Positions 48,101-59,500 of a stretch of DNA of 64,000 nt are shown here, one piece after another. The stretch is from positions 32,682 to 96,681 of IMG/VR virus record IMGVR_UViG_3300042691_040495; one strand, 5' to 3'. The notes beneath the pieces are model-generated. The model did not search any database, was not told where the DNA came from, and saw only the letters and a program-made list of their open reading frames with translations. This stretch comes from a virus. Every line of letters begins with the position of its first letter. Position 1 is the stretch's first letter. A program made the translations under genes and the position numbers.

Positions 48101-51100
48101 CATCAAACACCAAAGGACTTATATAATTTAACATGTATCTTATCCAATCAAAATCCCATGAACTGAATAAAGTGGTTTTTAGATATAGTATCAAATCTTC
48201 CGCCGCAATATTTGCAATAACTGTTCTGTTAGGATCTTTTGCATTTTCTTCGCTACTAATATTTAATTCCAAACCAGGAGAATCTACTAGTATTCTTGCT
48301 CCTTGAAGATTCACAGGATCTAAAAATACAAAATTTTCTTGCACAGATGTCGGTACGTATACTTTTGATCTTGGTAAAGATCCATTTGAATCAACCAATA
48401 ATTTATTCCAAGCATCATATGCGCCAACATTACCGTTTAGCGTGATATTAGTTAGATTCTCAAAACTAGTTAACGAGGTGGGTATACTGGAGCTTCCCTT
48501 TTTTTGATTCACAACCACATATTCATCAGATTGTAAAGATGCTATATTTAATGACGGAAATACATAACTATTAGCACAGTTAGTAGTTTTATATTCATTT
48601 AGTGTTAACCAACTATCAAAACTAAAATATGGATTAGCTTGTTCTTTAATAATCTCTTGCATAGGTGTGGTTTTACTAGCAGCAACACATTTTGCTTCTC
48701 TAATATAGTCATAATTAGAATTATTATTATATCCTAATATTGGTTTTATTTTACCGTATTCATCGCTCAAAACCATCCACTCCATTCCGCCAACAACCAT
48801 ACTATCATCAATTATATTTCCATATTCTTCCCAAGCTCCATCATTTGTTGGAGTATAATTATATCGTAAATTACCTCCACCATTAAAAATATATCCATAT
48901 CCTATATTGGTAGGAAAAGCATATGGTGTTAAATTTTCTTCTCTATAGGATCTTACTTGATCAGCAAAAACCATATATTTTTTACCATAATTTTTTGCAA
49001 TATCGGTAATAAACTTATGAATAATTTTTAGATCCTGTAATGCTTTTTCTTGAATATATTGACTACCATCATTTTTATCAGGATAAGCTGCTGTTGGATA
49101 AAGTTCATCTCCAGCAACGTTTGGCCCTAATAGCTTCCAGTACCAATCTGTTTCTTGTGCGGCTGCTTTGCTAGCCTCTGCAGCATCAAGTCCCATATTG
49201 TCTCGTAATTGATTTCGTGTTCTGATATAATATGCTCGTCTTACTAATTCTATTAAATCTGGTTTGTATGTTTTAGCCAATGAATATACTAAATAATTAT
49301 CAAATCCCGCAATAGCGGCTCTTATCTCGCTCTCTGTTAATACAAAATATTCTACAGGATCATACGATGATAATAGTCCTAAATTGTCGTAAGTTGTTGT
49401 TGGAGGATCTAGATTTGCGGTTTTGGGCAAATCGAAGCTAGCCCCTGACTCTAGATATGCTCGATTAATTGGTACATTTAATTTTGGGAGTTCGGATACT
49501 CTTATAATAATTGATATTTGAGCAGTCCATGTGTCGTACCAAACTGGTCGTATTCTTCTGAATTCTGTATTAGTATTATTATTTGCATCAACTTTTAATG
49601 CTACTTTATTATCTAAAACAAAACCAAAAAATGGACATATATTATCTAAATATAATGGAAACCATCGTCCATTAGCGCCGGATGCAAAATTACTACCATG
49701 ATTACGTTTTATTGATTTTTCATAATTACCATAATTTACAGATATACTATCTCCAAGTTCTGTAGTTTGCCATCCAAGATCTTCACTACTAAAATCTTTA
49801 TTCCCACCATTTTTTTGGATTTTATCTTCATCTTTTAAAATGTTAACATATGATGCTTCAACCCGATTGGCTGTTCCTAAATAGTCTGATATCATAGGAT
49901 TTCTTGAACTATTAAAATTAGGAAATCTGACTTTTCCGTGTCCGTATGGATTATTTAATGCTGGAAGAGCATTTCCCACGGAAGCTCCAGCAGACAAAGA
50001 ATAGTAATTAACAAATTTTTTAGTTCTAGGATTTAATATAAAATTATTTTGGCTATATGCTAATCTATAACTTTTAACTTGGTATAATCTTTGTTGATTT
50101 CCTCCAACTAATAAACATCTGCTAGGGGTATCATTTTTTTCTTTCCCTGTTGTATTAGATGTAATAGCATAATTATTGCATTCTAATAACTTTATAGTAT
50201 TTTCAATAATACTAGTACTTGGTTGTTTTAATCTAGATATTGCTTTTACTTTAATAATATGATATATTTTTTGATTATAAACTCGTGGTATCATTTCTAT
50301 ATTGAAATCACATCCTGCCCTATCTCCGATATCATTTAATAAATCTGTTATACTGAGAAATGGTCCTGGTATTTTTATTTTATCTGATAATCTTTTTGTT
50401 GTTCTGGTAGAATCTGTATATATAACATCATGTAAATCTAAAACAAATTGACACCTTGGACTACCTGTAGTAGATGCCGTCATAGCATTAAGAGCTTGTG
50501 GATATATTACTCCAAATTGATTGCATGCTGCATTTATTGGTTCGTATAAATTTTGATTATCCTCTCGTTGCATACACTTTGATATTATTCTGCCAAAAGG
50601 AGAAAATGCTCGCTTTACAGCATGGTCAACTCTATAATTTATAATCGTATCGAGTTTTGTTGTACTATTATCTGTAACAGATGTTAGTACCATTAGTGCA
50701 TCTAAAATAGAATTTATACTTACTCCTCTTTCATCTGGTCTAGCAACTCCAAAATTACCTTCTCCCAAGGATTCTAAAAATCCATATACATTAAAAATAT
50801 TAGGAATTGTTCCATTATTCAAATTTGTATCATCATAACTTGCTCCGGCGGATTTTAAATAATTTTTTGGTCCTCCTCTTAGAGATCCTGGCTCCCCTCC
50901 TACTGCTGCTGCTTTACTAAAAATAGCTCCAGCATATTTATCTACTATAACATAACAAGAATTCAAAATAGTTTGAGGTCCATTAACTACTACGGTGTAC
51001 TGTTTTCCTCCGCTGCTAACATTTCTGGACCATGATTGGACAAATCCTCCAAATTGAAACTGTCCCATTTTAAAATAGACAGGAGTATCAATAATATCAA

Positions 51101-51584
51101 ATTTGTAACCAGGATGAGTACTCTCGTTTGCTGAAGAGTATACTCCTTTTTCATTTATTCTTGTTTTATTGCCAAAAAATCCAGGATCAGGATCGTACCA
51201 ATATTTTGATACTAATCCAACAGTCTCTTGAAGTTCATAATATACTTTTCCAGGAATGATTCTATTTTCTATTGGTGTGTTAGCAGTTGCTACTTGTCCT
51301 GTATATTTATCAGCATAGCATCCGACACCATCGCAAGTATGATAATGGTTATCTGCAAAAGTACCCTTCGCGAACTGTTGATACATACTACCGTCATTTG
51401 GTCCGCTAATGTTAGGGGACGGATCGCAGCTATATGCTAATTCGTCTTCTACTAAATTTACTGTTAATTGCGAAGGTTGAGTGCCCCAACCAAGATTAGT
51501 ATTAAAACTAGCTACACTAGCTCCTAAGAATAATGTTTGCGCAATAGGTTTACTTTGTAAATTATTACATTCTGTTGTTGGCAT
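45153..51584 (-). CDS. Large virion structural (tail/baseplate) protein
   Basis: 2143-aa ORF; TLFLGASVASFNTNLGWG..QLTVNLVED hub-like N-terminus; CPFC..CDKC metal motif. Confidence 0.6.
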   Translation of the reverse strand: MPTTECNNLQSKPIAQTLFLGASVASFNTNLGWGTQPSQLTVNLVEDELAYSCDPSPNISGPNDGSMYQQFAKGTFADNHYHTCDGVGCYADKYTGQVATANTPIENRIIPGKVYYELQETVGLVSKYWYDPDPGFFGNKTRINEKGVYSSANESTHPGYKFDIIDTPVYFKMGQFQFGGFVQSWSRNVSSGGKQYTVVVNGPQTILNSCYVIVDKYAGAIFSKAAAVGGEPGSLRGGPKNYLKSAGASYDDTNLNNGTIPNIFNVYGFLESLGEGNFGVARPDERGVSINSILDALMVLTSVTDNSTTKLDTIINYRVDHAVKRAFSPFGRIISKCMQREDNQNLYEPINAACNQFGVIYPQALNAMTASTTGSPRCQFVLDLHDVIYTDSTRTTKRLSDKIKIPGPFLSITDLLNDIGDRAGCDFNIEMIPRVYNQKIYHIIKVKAISRLKQPSTSIIENTIKLLECNNYAITSNTTGKEKNDTPSRCLLVGGNQQRLYQVKSYRLAYSQNNFILNPRTKKFVNYYSLSAGASVGNALPALNNPYGHGKVRFPNFNSSRNPMISDYLGTANRVEASYVNILKDEDKIQKNGGNKDFSSEDLGWQTTELGDSISVNYGNYEKSIKRNHGSNFASGANGRWFPLYLDNICPFFGFVLDNKVALKVDANNNTNTEFRRIRPVWYDTWTAQISIIIRVSELPKLNVPINRAYLESGASFDLPKTANLDPPTTTYDNLGLLSSYDPVEYFVLTESEIRAAIAGFDNYLVYSLAKTYKPDLIELVRRAYYIRTRNQLRDNMGLDAAEASKAAAQETDWYWKLLGPNVAGDELYPTAAYPDKNDGSQYIQEKALQDLKIIHKFITDIAKNYGKKYMVFADQVRSYREENLTPYAFPTNIGYGYIFNGGGNLRYNYTPTNDGAWEEYGNIIDDSMVVGGMEWMVLSDEYGKIKPILGYNNNSNYDYIREAKCVAASKTTPMQEIIKEQANPYFSFDSWLTLNEYKTTNCANSYVFPSLNIASLQSDEYVVVNQKKGSSSIPTSLTSFENLTNITLNGNVGAYDAWNKLLVDSNGSLPRSKVYVPTSVQENFVFLDPVNLQGARILVDSPGLELNISSEENAKDPNRTVIANIAAEDLILYLKTTLFSSWDFDWIRYMLNYISPLVFDDSDNPYFLGLYTVSSNHTANNVELAPKAAHPFFAGIPIKSNQFVYGPWTNYPALEGTGIYPSGQTVTQSSTYPVTCSYSSRSTTQIEVDKALNNLISNIAIDFDEDLVPWNYGGMHQLDIVAYKEAQTKINYQNVVETAQLEMPGLPLFNIGGNFALANTGLLHDIVVSGYAYTDAKYNPPTAVVDLSYIPGASIVNSSDGTDKQTIIYTILDLKNPSYFFDGPIITALQTSVGQQGISTTYAFRTYTRKLGLFNKEETDRIKRANAINLKRGKQIAQISQEISNLRHNERELLLQERLNKAQFGSSDLSSKLFSWSPSTVLVGQASPLINEPSRTPAIKEDFSLSSSPGDFNTRSSAATKWQLVPSSDVGQPSSNLTTDSSSTSLKNIARVTSTVQLFQRKELQNQLDKNYGMQSAMSLDGLLSPISFYPTFKNSTFSFSLHNTNNCPFCRGSKVRSLKVVRYNNNGNRQETTTSIVCDKCGNPSERLNAKIIPDSDIPINLITLNPIVVPYGEFKNSNSQNYAGAHPEGLHDDISSMSVLPDGVTQRTFRDRLRHCIEIVARGSVPQNQISYSLETSRNLRAHTNHPNGVPPANLDYYNYDSALYNIRDQAGDGLNMLYETNQRFFGLRGPLTLHSWGYDDEGYPVPNAADEPLAYDLYGRPKRFKLKVTAGATKKYGTLSIGELFTISGNTNIFAKTFNYQNLPESWNNLTSDQINQTDVTTTKIEDDYNSDGGFDPGAANNYTAGFKGSIIGKTQKRNGGRWSDKVKLNDFYLNWAERPDLWKVGPIDLFWDKSRMVWTAGGSEEIDPPYILSNSNDITTLKTFLDKKSTRKYIYRMIYATLEEDLIKQPDFDETYVTRAYIDDFEFSNEPLRQGYRRLIYIRDKTGYSAPRGTKLFCRYNGKTGFYEPVSKPSLVVKGKISSATQAIIDMHYVPGRRAGMVPTMTVNFDNPLGFTTPSNAIAIFTFINGKWTLTAIK

Positions 51585-51585
51585 A

Positions 51586-53613
51586 TTAGTAATCTAAATA
51601 ATTCTTACTGTTTGTACATTGTTGATAGACCCATCCAACAGTTTTTGTATAACGGCCATTTGTAGGATCCCATGTTTGATTATCCGCTGTTACATAAACT
51701 TGTCCTTGAGCGTTATTATTTCCTCTATTAAAATTAGTATTTCCAAAGATAAAAGAAGCTCTATCTCCGAATGGTTTTAATCCTTCTATTATTCCTGTTA
51801 TTGTAGTATACACCGTGCCACCTGTCCACAATGGACAAGTATTATTTTGCATAAAAAAGCCTTGCATACTACTAGGAGGCACAACACCAACCTCTATTGT
51901 TACCGTTTTTTTAGTGGATGTTTTAGTTCCCAAGTTCTGTAAAACTGGCCCCAGTGATCTGCCCAAAACAAATGCTTCTCCGATAACGTCTGTTGGACCG
52001 GTTTCTTCAATATTAATACTCTCATATAAAGCACCACTTATAATAGTAAATTTATTATTAAATTCATAAGCATATGATATTGTTCCTTTTTTAGGATTAT
52101 GTGTTTCAGAAGTGCTGATTGGAATAATATTTAATGGACCATGCTTAGAATATATAGGATTATTTGGCGGCTTGGGTGGATTTTGTAGCGGTGGCACATA
52201 ACCCTTAGTTCTTTCTCTATTCATTGGTATGCAAGCTCTTCTATAAATATATGGTTTAACATCGTATATCCAACCACTAAGCGCATTCAAATATTTACTT
52301 TGTTTAATTGATATTACAGCAGAAGCAGCATTACTGTCAATAACAGAAGGAGATAAATTAACATTATCCAATAATCCTGATGAAGCAGCTAGGTCTAGCT
52401 TTATGGGACTTCCGCTGCCGCTAACATAAGGATATCCTGTTATAGTTGGACTACTAATATTTAAACCTATTATTTCTCCTTCAACTCTCACAGTATGTAT
52501 ATATTTATCATCCGTGCTCATTTGCAATGAATAATCTTCAATAAAATTAATTCCAGTAGGCATAGCCAACCAAGAATCTCTTATTTCATATTTTGCGCTA
52601 TGAATATCAAAATTAACAGAACGTAAATGGTTATAAAAATATCCAGCATACGGTGCTCCGTTAGCTCCACCACCGCCACCCATAAATGGTGACCATAATG
52701 CATTTCCGCTTTTTTTATCAAAAACAGATGATGATCTTTCTTCTACCCATTTTTTAGCATTTAGAAATGCTGATACTGCTAATGCAGGATATCTATCGAG
52801 ATCAATTTTTGATCCAGGAGCATTACAGAAACCGGTTCCAGAAGGAATTCCTATTGCACTAACTACTCTGGATACTTTAAACTGAGGAATACTTTGATAA
52901 TGTATATCTACAGAGCCTACAGAGGTACCTCCACTATTAGTTTGAGTGCCTGCCGGTTGTCCAGCGGTATCGCTAGGAGCTGTCGGTAATAGTTTAGGAT
53001 TATCATATTCACTTTTTTGAATAACATTAATTTTTCCTCTACTATATATATAATCCTCTAGTGGCTCAATAGTCCAATCATCGCTATATTGTTTTACATA
53101 CCATCCTGTATATGCTGGTTCCAAATATTCTAAAATAGCAGTATAGTCAGCAGTGTATATCCAATTATCACTACTTTTATTAACATCAAAACTTACTAAT
53201 CTAACACCATCAGCAACGAATAAATTAGTAGGTGTTTCGCTGGGTGATGTTTTACAATTTATTACGAGAGAACCACAAGTATTTTGCTTGAAAATTTGAC
53301 TAAGACCACTGATTGCTTGCATTACTGGTCCTATGCCGCTACCATTAGACACTTGTGTTGGAACTCCTCCTTTAGCAATTTTACCAGTTAGAGTTATACG
53401 ATTAGTAAAAACCAAAGGCTCTCCAGCATCATTTCGTTCAACTGATGTAGAAAAATCTATGAAAGGTGTTGGTCCAGCAATATCCTGAATACCACTTCCA
53501 TTAAAATATATCATAACAGCATGGCTAGGAACGGTACCTCCACCAACCGGACTTTGTATGGTCGCAAAATCAGAGTCTGAATTTAACGCTTCTAATGAAT
53601 AAACCATAATCAA
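51586..53613 (-). CDS. Virion structural (tail) protein
   Basis: 675-aa beta-rich ORF in the structural operon. Confidence 0.55.
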   Translation of the reverse strand: MIMVYSLEALNSDSDFATIQSPVGGGTVPSHAVMIYFNGSGIQDIAGPTPFIDFSTSVERNDAGEPLVFTNRITLTGKIAKGGVPTQVSNGSGIGPVMQAISGLSQIFKQNTCGSLVINCKTSPSETPTNLFVADGVRLVSFDVNKSSDNWIYTADYTAILEYLEPAYTGWYVKQYSDDWTIEPLEDYIYSRGKINVIQKSEYDNPKLLPTAPSDTAGQPAGTQTNSGGTSVGSVDIHYQSIPQFKVSRVVSAIGIPSGTGFCNAPGSKIDLDRYPALAVSAFLNAKKWVEERSSSVFDKKSGNALWSPFMGGGGGANGAPYAGYFYNHLRSVNFDIHSAKYEIRDSWLAMPTGINFIEDYSLQMSTDDKYIHTVRVEGEIIGLNISSPTITGYPYVSGSGSPIKLDLAASSGLLDNVNLSPSVIDSNAASAVISIKQSKYLNALSGWIYDVKPYIYRRACIPMNRERTKGYVPPLQNPPKPPNNPIYSKHGPLNIIPISTSETHNPKKGTISYAYEFNNKFTIISGALYESINIEETGPTDVIGEAFVLGRSLGPVLQNLGTKTSTKKTVTIEVGVVPPSSMQGFFMQNNTCPLWTGGTVYTTITGIIEGLKPFGDRASFIFGNTNFNRGNNNAQGQVYVTADNQTWDPTNGRYTKTVGWVYQQCTNSKNYLDY

Positions 53614-53634
53614 TATCCTTAATATCTTTTATTT

Positions 53635-56580
53635 TTAAGCTATATCAATCCAATTATAAGCATAACCAGTTCTTACTGTCCATGTTACACAATCAGTTGA
53701 AGTATAACTAATACTAGAATTTATTCCTATTAAAATAAATTTACTATTTTTATATATTGCTAAACTACCGTTAGTAAAATATGTTGGCGAAGCACTCGTC
53801 CAAGATGTTCCGTTTGATGATCTTAATATTGTGGATCCTGGTCCTGTAATTAAATATACTCCATTTCCATATGATATACTTTTGGGTGAAGATACGGATA
53901 CGATAGATGTAGATGTCCAATTAATTCCATCACTACTAACTAACACCACACTACCGCTATATGATGCATCAACTATCATAAATTGATTATTCACATACTC
54001 TAATACTCCCCAATTTTTGCTAACAGGAAGAGATCTTTGGGTCCAAGATACTCCTCCGTTATCAGAAGTAGCATAACTTGATGAATTTTCTGCTATTGCT
54101 ACTAGTAGATTATTTCCATATGAAACTAGTTTCCAGTTTGATGTTGCTGGTAAAGACGCATACGTGACAAGATACACGCTACCATTTATAAATTTGATAA
54201 TAGCAATTTCTGAACTAGTATTTGCAGTTAATATAAAATTATTATTAATTGGATCATATGTTGAGCTAACCCATAAAGGAATCAGTCCAACCAAATCATC
54301 GCTCATATCATATGATTGCCAAGTTATTCCATTATCATTAGAATAATTTATTACAAAACTATTATATGAAGCGGCTAAAAATATACCATTCCCATACGAT
54401 AGGGTTGTCCAAAGAGTATTAGAAGTTAAATTCTTTAAGCTCCAAGTGGTTCCTGTGTCAGAAGAAACCATAGTCTTATCAGAATTATACCCTAATGCAA
54501 CAGCATTAGGAATAGGAATAGGATTAGTTGTTGATGGCGTAACTGTAATGGTAGGAGTAACAGTAATTGTTGGGGTGACAGTTATAGTTGGAGTCATTGT
54601 TCTAGTTGGCGTTATGCTAGAGGTAACACTTATTGTGGGTGTTGTTGTCTTGGTTAAACTAGGACTAACTGTCGGAGTAACAGTTGAGGTTATGGTTGGA
54701 GTAACACTAACCGAAATAGTAGGAGTCGGAGTAGATGTTTCGGTTATTGTTGGAGTTATACTAATAGTTGGCGTAACGGTAATAGTAGGGGTATTGCTAT
54801 TAGTTGGAGTAACTGTTGGAGTATTTGTAACAGTATTAGATGGGGTTATACTTATAGTAGGTGTTATTGTTGCTGTAACTGTTGGAGTATTAGTAGGCGT
54901 TCGTGTTGGCGTCAAAGACTTCGTTGGAGTTGATGTTACCGTTGGTGTTGGACTACTTGTTGCTGTTAAACTTATTGTAGGAGTTATTGTAGATGTTATA
55001 GTTGGAGTTACAGATACTGATACTGAAACTGTTGGAGACGGAGATATTGTGGGTGTCAATGACACTGTTGATGTTGTAGTTTTAGTAGGAGTAATAGTTA
55101 AAGTATTGGTTATTGTTGGCGAAGGAGTAATAGTCGATGTTACAGATATTGTTGGGGTTACTGTTGGAGTAGCCGTATTTGATGGTGTTATCGTATGGGT
55201 TGGAGTTGGTGTCACATTAGGAGGCTCATACAATACCGCAACATTTGGTACTAATTTACCCTGTAATAAAAATCCTTTATATAAAATTTCTATATCGTCG
55301 CCAGCATAAATAGAATTTTGATAAATTAATTGACCAATATTGATTGGCACAACAAAACTTTTTGATGGAGTTGGTGTTATTGTGCTTGTTCTTGTTGGTG
55401 TTTTTGTTGTTGTTTTGGTGGGCGTTACAGTTTTTGTTGTTGTTGGGGTTATAGTAATAGTAGGAGTAATTGTGGGTGTAACTGTACGAGTTTGAGATAC
55501 TGTTTTGGTTATTGTTCTTGTTGGAGTACATGATTGTGTACTGGTAATTGATGGAGTTTGAGTTTTAGTTGCTGTTAGTGATTTCGTTGGAGTAACAGTA
55601 CATGTAACAGTTTTAGTAGGTGTTTTTGTTGGTGTTCGCGTTGGCGTTGTGGTTTTTGTTGGTGTTGGAGTAGGGGTTGCTGTATAGCATACGCTTTCTG
55701 GATTAGTTTTGTAAGCATCTCCACTATCGGTAACTACAACATAACTAGGAGCACTATCACTTTGAGTAGCGTATGTCCAATATCCGGCATTTGAACCATT
55801 GCCCTTATAATATGCTGCTTTATACCATTCATTCTCATTCGGTATCCAATAACTATTTTTATTAGCAGCAATTGGTTTTGATGTTCCTTCTATCATTCCA
55901 TTGAGGTTATAAACTCCGACTTCAATATTACTACTAGGCGTTGCTCCATTATGTAACCAGTTCACATATCTTGCGGCGCAAAACCAATTAATAAAATTAA
56001 CTGGCTTATTACCCATATCTGTTTTTACATAATGAGTAAATCCTGTTGATGAAGATCCTGTTCTATAGATGCCTCCTCTTGGATCATCAGACATTTCAGT
56101 AACCCACAACGATAAAGCAAAATTCGAAGAAGATGCTACAGAATTTAAGAATTCAACGTATTCTGTGTTGGTTATTGGATATTTTTTAATTTGGTAATTA
56201 TAAGTTACAGATCCGTAATTATTATTATCAGAATCTCCAGTATTATTGCTATCGGTTACTAAAGCATAATTTGTTGAGTCTATAGATGATGAAGTTTTTG
56301 CTATTCTAAAACCAATATCATTTCTTTTACCGTCAACATAATTAATATCAGAATAGTTTTTAGCTAATTGACCACTAGAACTTACAAAAGATCCGCCCCT
56401 AAATTTAGCATATCCATCAACTAAAGTATCCAGTATCTCATTAATATTGCCACTTTGATCATAGGTTCCATAGTAACTAGAGATCCCATTTAATCCTACT
56501 GTTGATAAATTACCATTAATTCCATTCCAAATAGTTTGACTATTATAATTTGAACTATTACAATTATTTAACATATTCAA
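53635..56580 (-). CDS. Fibre/adhesin: permuted FGE-sulfatase (CLec) domain + Thr/Pro stalk + Asp-box beta-propeller
   Basis: YGTYDQSGN, RGGSF, IGFR, ITNTEYVEFLN, PVNFINW, IPNENEWYKAAY; TPT repeats; SSDTGTTW, SNDNGITW, SDNGGVSW, SSDGINW. Confidence 0.75.
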   Translation of the reverse strand: MNMLNNCNSSNYNSQTIWNGINGNLSTVGLNGISSYYGTYDQSGNINEILDTLVDGYAKFRGGSFVSSSGQLAKNYSDINYVDGKRNDIGFRIAKTSSSIDSTNYALVTDSNNTGDSDNNNYGSVTYNYQIKKYPITNTEYVEFLNSVASSSNFALSLWVTEMSDDPRGGIYRTGSSSTGFTHYVKTDMGNKPVNFINWFCAARYVNWLHNGATPSSNIEVGVYNLNGMIEGTSKPIAANKNSYWIPNENEWYKAAYYKGNGSNAGYWTYATQSDSAPSYVVVTDSGDAYKTNPESVCYTATPTPTPTKTTTPTRTPTKTPTKTVTCTVTPTKSLTATKTQTPSITSTQSCTPTRTITKTVSQTRTVTPTITPTITITPTTTKTVTPTKTTTKTPTRTSTITPTPSKSFVVPINIGQLIYQNSIYAGDDIEILYKGFLLQGKLVPNVAVLYEPPNVTPTPTHTITPSNTATPTVTPTISVTSTITPSPTITNTLTITPTKTTTSTVSLTPTISPSPTVSVSVSVTPTITSTITPTISLTATSSPTPTVTSTPTKSLTPTRTPTNTPTVTATITPTISITPSNTVTNTPTVTPTNSNTPTITVTPTISITPTITETSTPTPTISVSVTPTITSTVTPTVSPSLTKTTTPTISVTSSITPTRTMTPTITVTPTITVTPTITVTPSTTNPIPIPNAVALGYNSDKTMVSSDTGTTWSLKNLTSNTLWTTLSYGNGIFLAASYNSFVINYSNDNGITWQSYDMSDDLVGLIPLWVSSTYDPINNNFILTANTSSEIAIIKFINGSVYLVTYASLPATSNWKLVSYGNNLLVAIAENSSSYATSDNGGVSWTQRSLPVSKNWGVLEYVNNQFMIVDASYSGSVVLVSSDGINWTSTSIVSVSSPKSISYGNGVYLITGPGSTILRSSNGTSWTSASPTYFTNGSLAIYKNSKFILIGINSSISYTSTDCVTWTVRTGYAYNWIDIA
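54530..55680 (-). repeat. Mucin-like Thr/Pro low-complexity repeats (coding)
   Basis: Dozens of TPT(I/V)T/TPTKT units in two blocks (about 54530-55220 and 55370-55680). Confidence 0.9.
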
Positions 56581-56589
56581 TAGTTTCTA

Positions 56590-59500
56590 TTAAAAAGCAG
56601 AAGGATCCACTGTTACTGTTATGGTTTTGGATGGTATATTCATCATAGAATATAATTCTGGATCAACTGATCCTCCGAGAGCGCTGCCCATAAAAGATGC
56701 GTATAATTTTATTTTATATGCCCCAGGAGATTGTGTTAAGGTATACGACTTTAAAGTATTTGGAATAGTATAATTCCCAAGAAATGTATCGCTTGAATCG
56801 TATAGTGCTAGATAATATCTATATAATGATAGGGTTGTACTTCCCAAACTATAGGCGGAAAATGGATGTTCCCATGTTAATGTGATTCGTTCATTATATC
56901 CATTCACAGAAGTAATATATGGAGCACAATCATTATTATCATTAGTATTAATAGTATATTTATACCATCCAGCATTAAATAATCCCCATGATGCAGATAC
57001 TGATGTCCTAGGGTCTTGATTATTACTTAATACTCCACTACTATATCTATCATAACTAGTGAATAGTCTCATAAATAAAGGACGAGTATTATAAGATGAT
57101 AGCTTCCAATTATTAATTAATCCAATTATATTTACAGGAACTCTAAATGTTGAATCTGTCGTGGGATTTGCTCGAATATTATTATAACTTGCTATCCAAA
57201 CACTATCACTAATAATACTATTAGATGTATTTCCAATATAGAAACCAATATGATACCATTGTGGCAGACTTACTATGCCATTAGGGGAATTAACTAATTG
57301 ATCAGAATTCACACCATCCCACTGTATAAAAACATTATTTTCATATGATTTTACCATATAATTTCTTGCTGCTCTTGTATCAAGAGTTAAAGCATAATTA
57401 GGAGTAATAACCTTTGTGGTGCTTGGTGTTATGGTAGTTGTTGTTGTTATTGTTGGAGTATTAGTTGGCGTATATGATGGACTAACAGTGACTGTTGGTG
57501 TGATAGTTGGAGTTATTGTATTTGTTGGAGTAATTGTTGGAGTTACAGTTATTGTTGGCGTTATTGTGATTGTTGGCGTTATTGTGGGCGTTGATGTGGT
57601 TGTTATTGTAGGAGTAATAGTTGTTGTTGGAGTAGTAGTAGTTGTCGGCGTATTTGTTGGAGTTATAGTAGGAGTATTTGTATTTGTTGGAGTAAATGAT
57701 GGTGATATTGTTGGAGTAACTGTTCTAGTCGGATACGGAGTTTTAGTAACTGTTCTTGTAACCATCGGAAGTCTTGTTGCTCCAATTTCACAGTCATTAC
57801 TAAGGCTATCGCATTTTACTACAGTATTATTTTCATAAAATACATGAGGAAGAGGAGTACTTGTCGTGTTGATTCCAAAAGTATTAGTATAATCTCCATC
57901 TAACCATGTATCGCTTACTGGAGGAGCAGGGTATAGCGGGTTAGTAATATAATACAGCGCATTTTCTCCACCAACTGCGCTTTTTTGAAAATTCCAATAT
58001 GTTGTATAAGGAACCTGCGCTAGATTAGTTAAACCAATTCTGGGATAAGAATTTTTACCATCTTTGCTATAAAAATATTTTCCATGAACATCAGTAGTTG
58101 TTGACAAATAATAAGTTCCATTTAATCCATCTTCTACTGCTTGCTGTCCAGTAACAATAATATCACAACCATTCATTAGTTTACTTGTTAATACTAGCAT
58201 CTTCATTGGCCAATATTTAGTAATTTGAACCATAATTTGCTCTGTTGTACTAGAAGCAACGAATGGTACCATAGGCTTGTCTATACTAGCAATATATGGT
58301 GAATTTTCACTTAGAGTAAAATAAGCAACATATTTATTACCAGGAATAAGATTAGTAAAAGTTACTAAATGTCCAACATTTTGAGGTTCTGGGCCATTTC
58401 CATAAGGATCAATATCAGAACATGATGGACGATTATTGCTTTGAGTAGCATAAATATAAAATCCGCTAGGTATAGCAGAATAGAAGTCGAATACTCCAGG
58501 ACTTTCAAAACTATTAGTTGATGTATTGAATATACCAGGAGAAATAGTTATATTAGTACTAGGATTGTTATAAGTTATCTCAGTAACAGTAGACCATGCT
58601 CCGTTTGTTAAAATTTTCCAACCAGTTTTTACTGGTGGTATACTCTCTAAATTTTCAATAGGTAGGGTTGACGAATCTTCGAATGGATTACTATTAGTAT
58701 AAGACCATTTTACCACATCATTAATATTATTTGAATAATAGGCTGCTTTGTGCCATTCTCTTCTGGATGGAATATAGTATCTAGAACTTGTTGTTCTTCC
58801 TATATCAAATTGTCCGTAAGGAGACAAATTTGTAAAATCGTATGCGCCAGTTGTACTGTTGGTTGTACGAGGATTATCAACTCTATTATGAAGCCAATTA
58901 CAATATCTCATTGCCATAAAAGCTGTGACATAATTAACTGGTTTATTTTCCATATTTTGTAATACAGAATATTTTGAACCATTAGGATTGTTATAATCAA
59001 ATCCAACACCGCCATAAGAAGTATTAGACATAACTGAATTATATAGCAATCCAGAATGTCTACTAGCTAATTGACCATACTCATTGTAATAATCTGTTTC
59101 ATCAGCCATAATACCTTCAGGATCAACAGCATTCAAAAAACGAACGTATTCTTTATTTGTAACTTCCAAAGCAGATATTTTATAGTTAGTTTCTATGGGT
59201 CTAATAGCAAATGATACGGGACCGGCGATATCTCTGAATCCGGGAGTTAAAAAGTCTGCAGATTCATCAGTACTAGCTATAACTTCTGTTATTTTAGCAA
59301 AATTTGCACTATTTATATTTTTATTTATTTTATACCATTTTTTTCTATCTCTATGATGACCATATAGTACTGATCCGTCATTATTAAAACTTAACTGTAA
59401 TATTGCTGGTGTATCAGAGCCAGTTAATTGAGCGTGTTTAATTAATGTTGGATTTCCTCCTGTTGCTGTTGGAGTTAAATCTAAAACATAAAGAGTATTT

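Noticed and set aside
54446-55309. 287-aa Val/Gly-rich + strand ORF (also 57416-57838, and 55277-55531 on the - strand)
   Set aside because: Antisense or alternate-frame shadows of the Thr/Pro repeats; low-complexity codons lack stops
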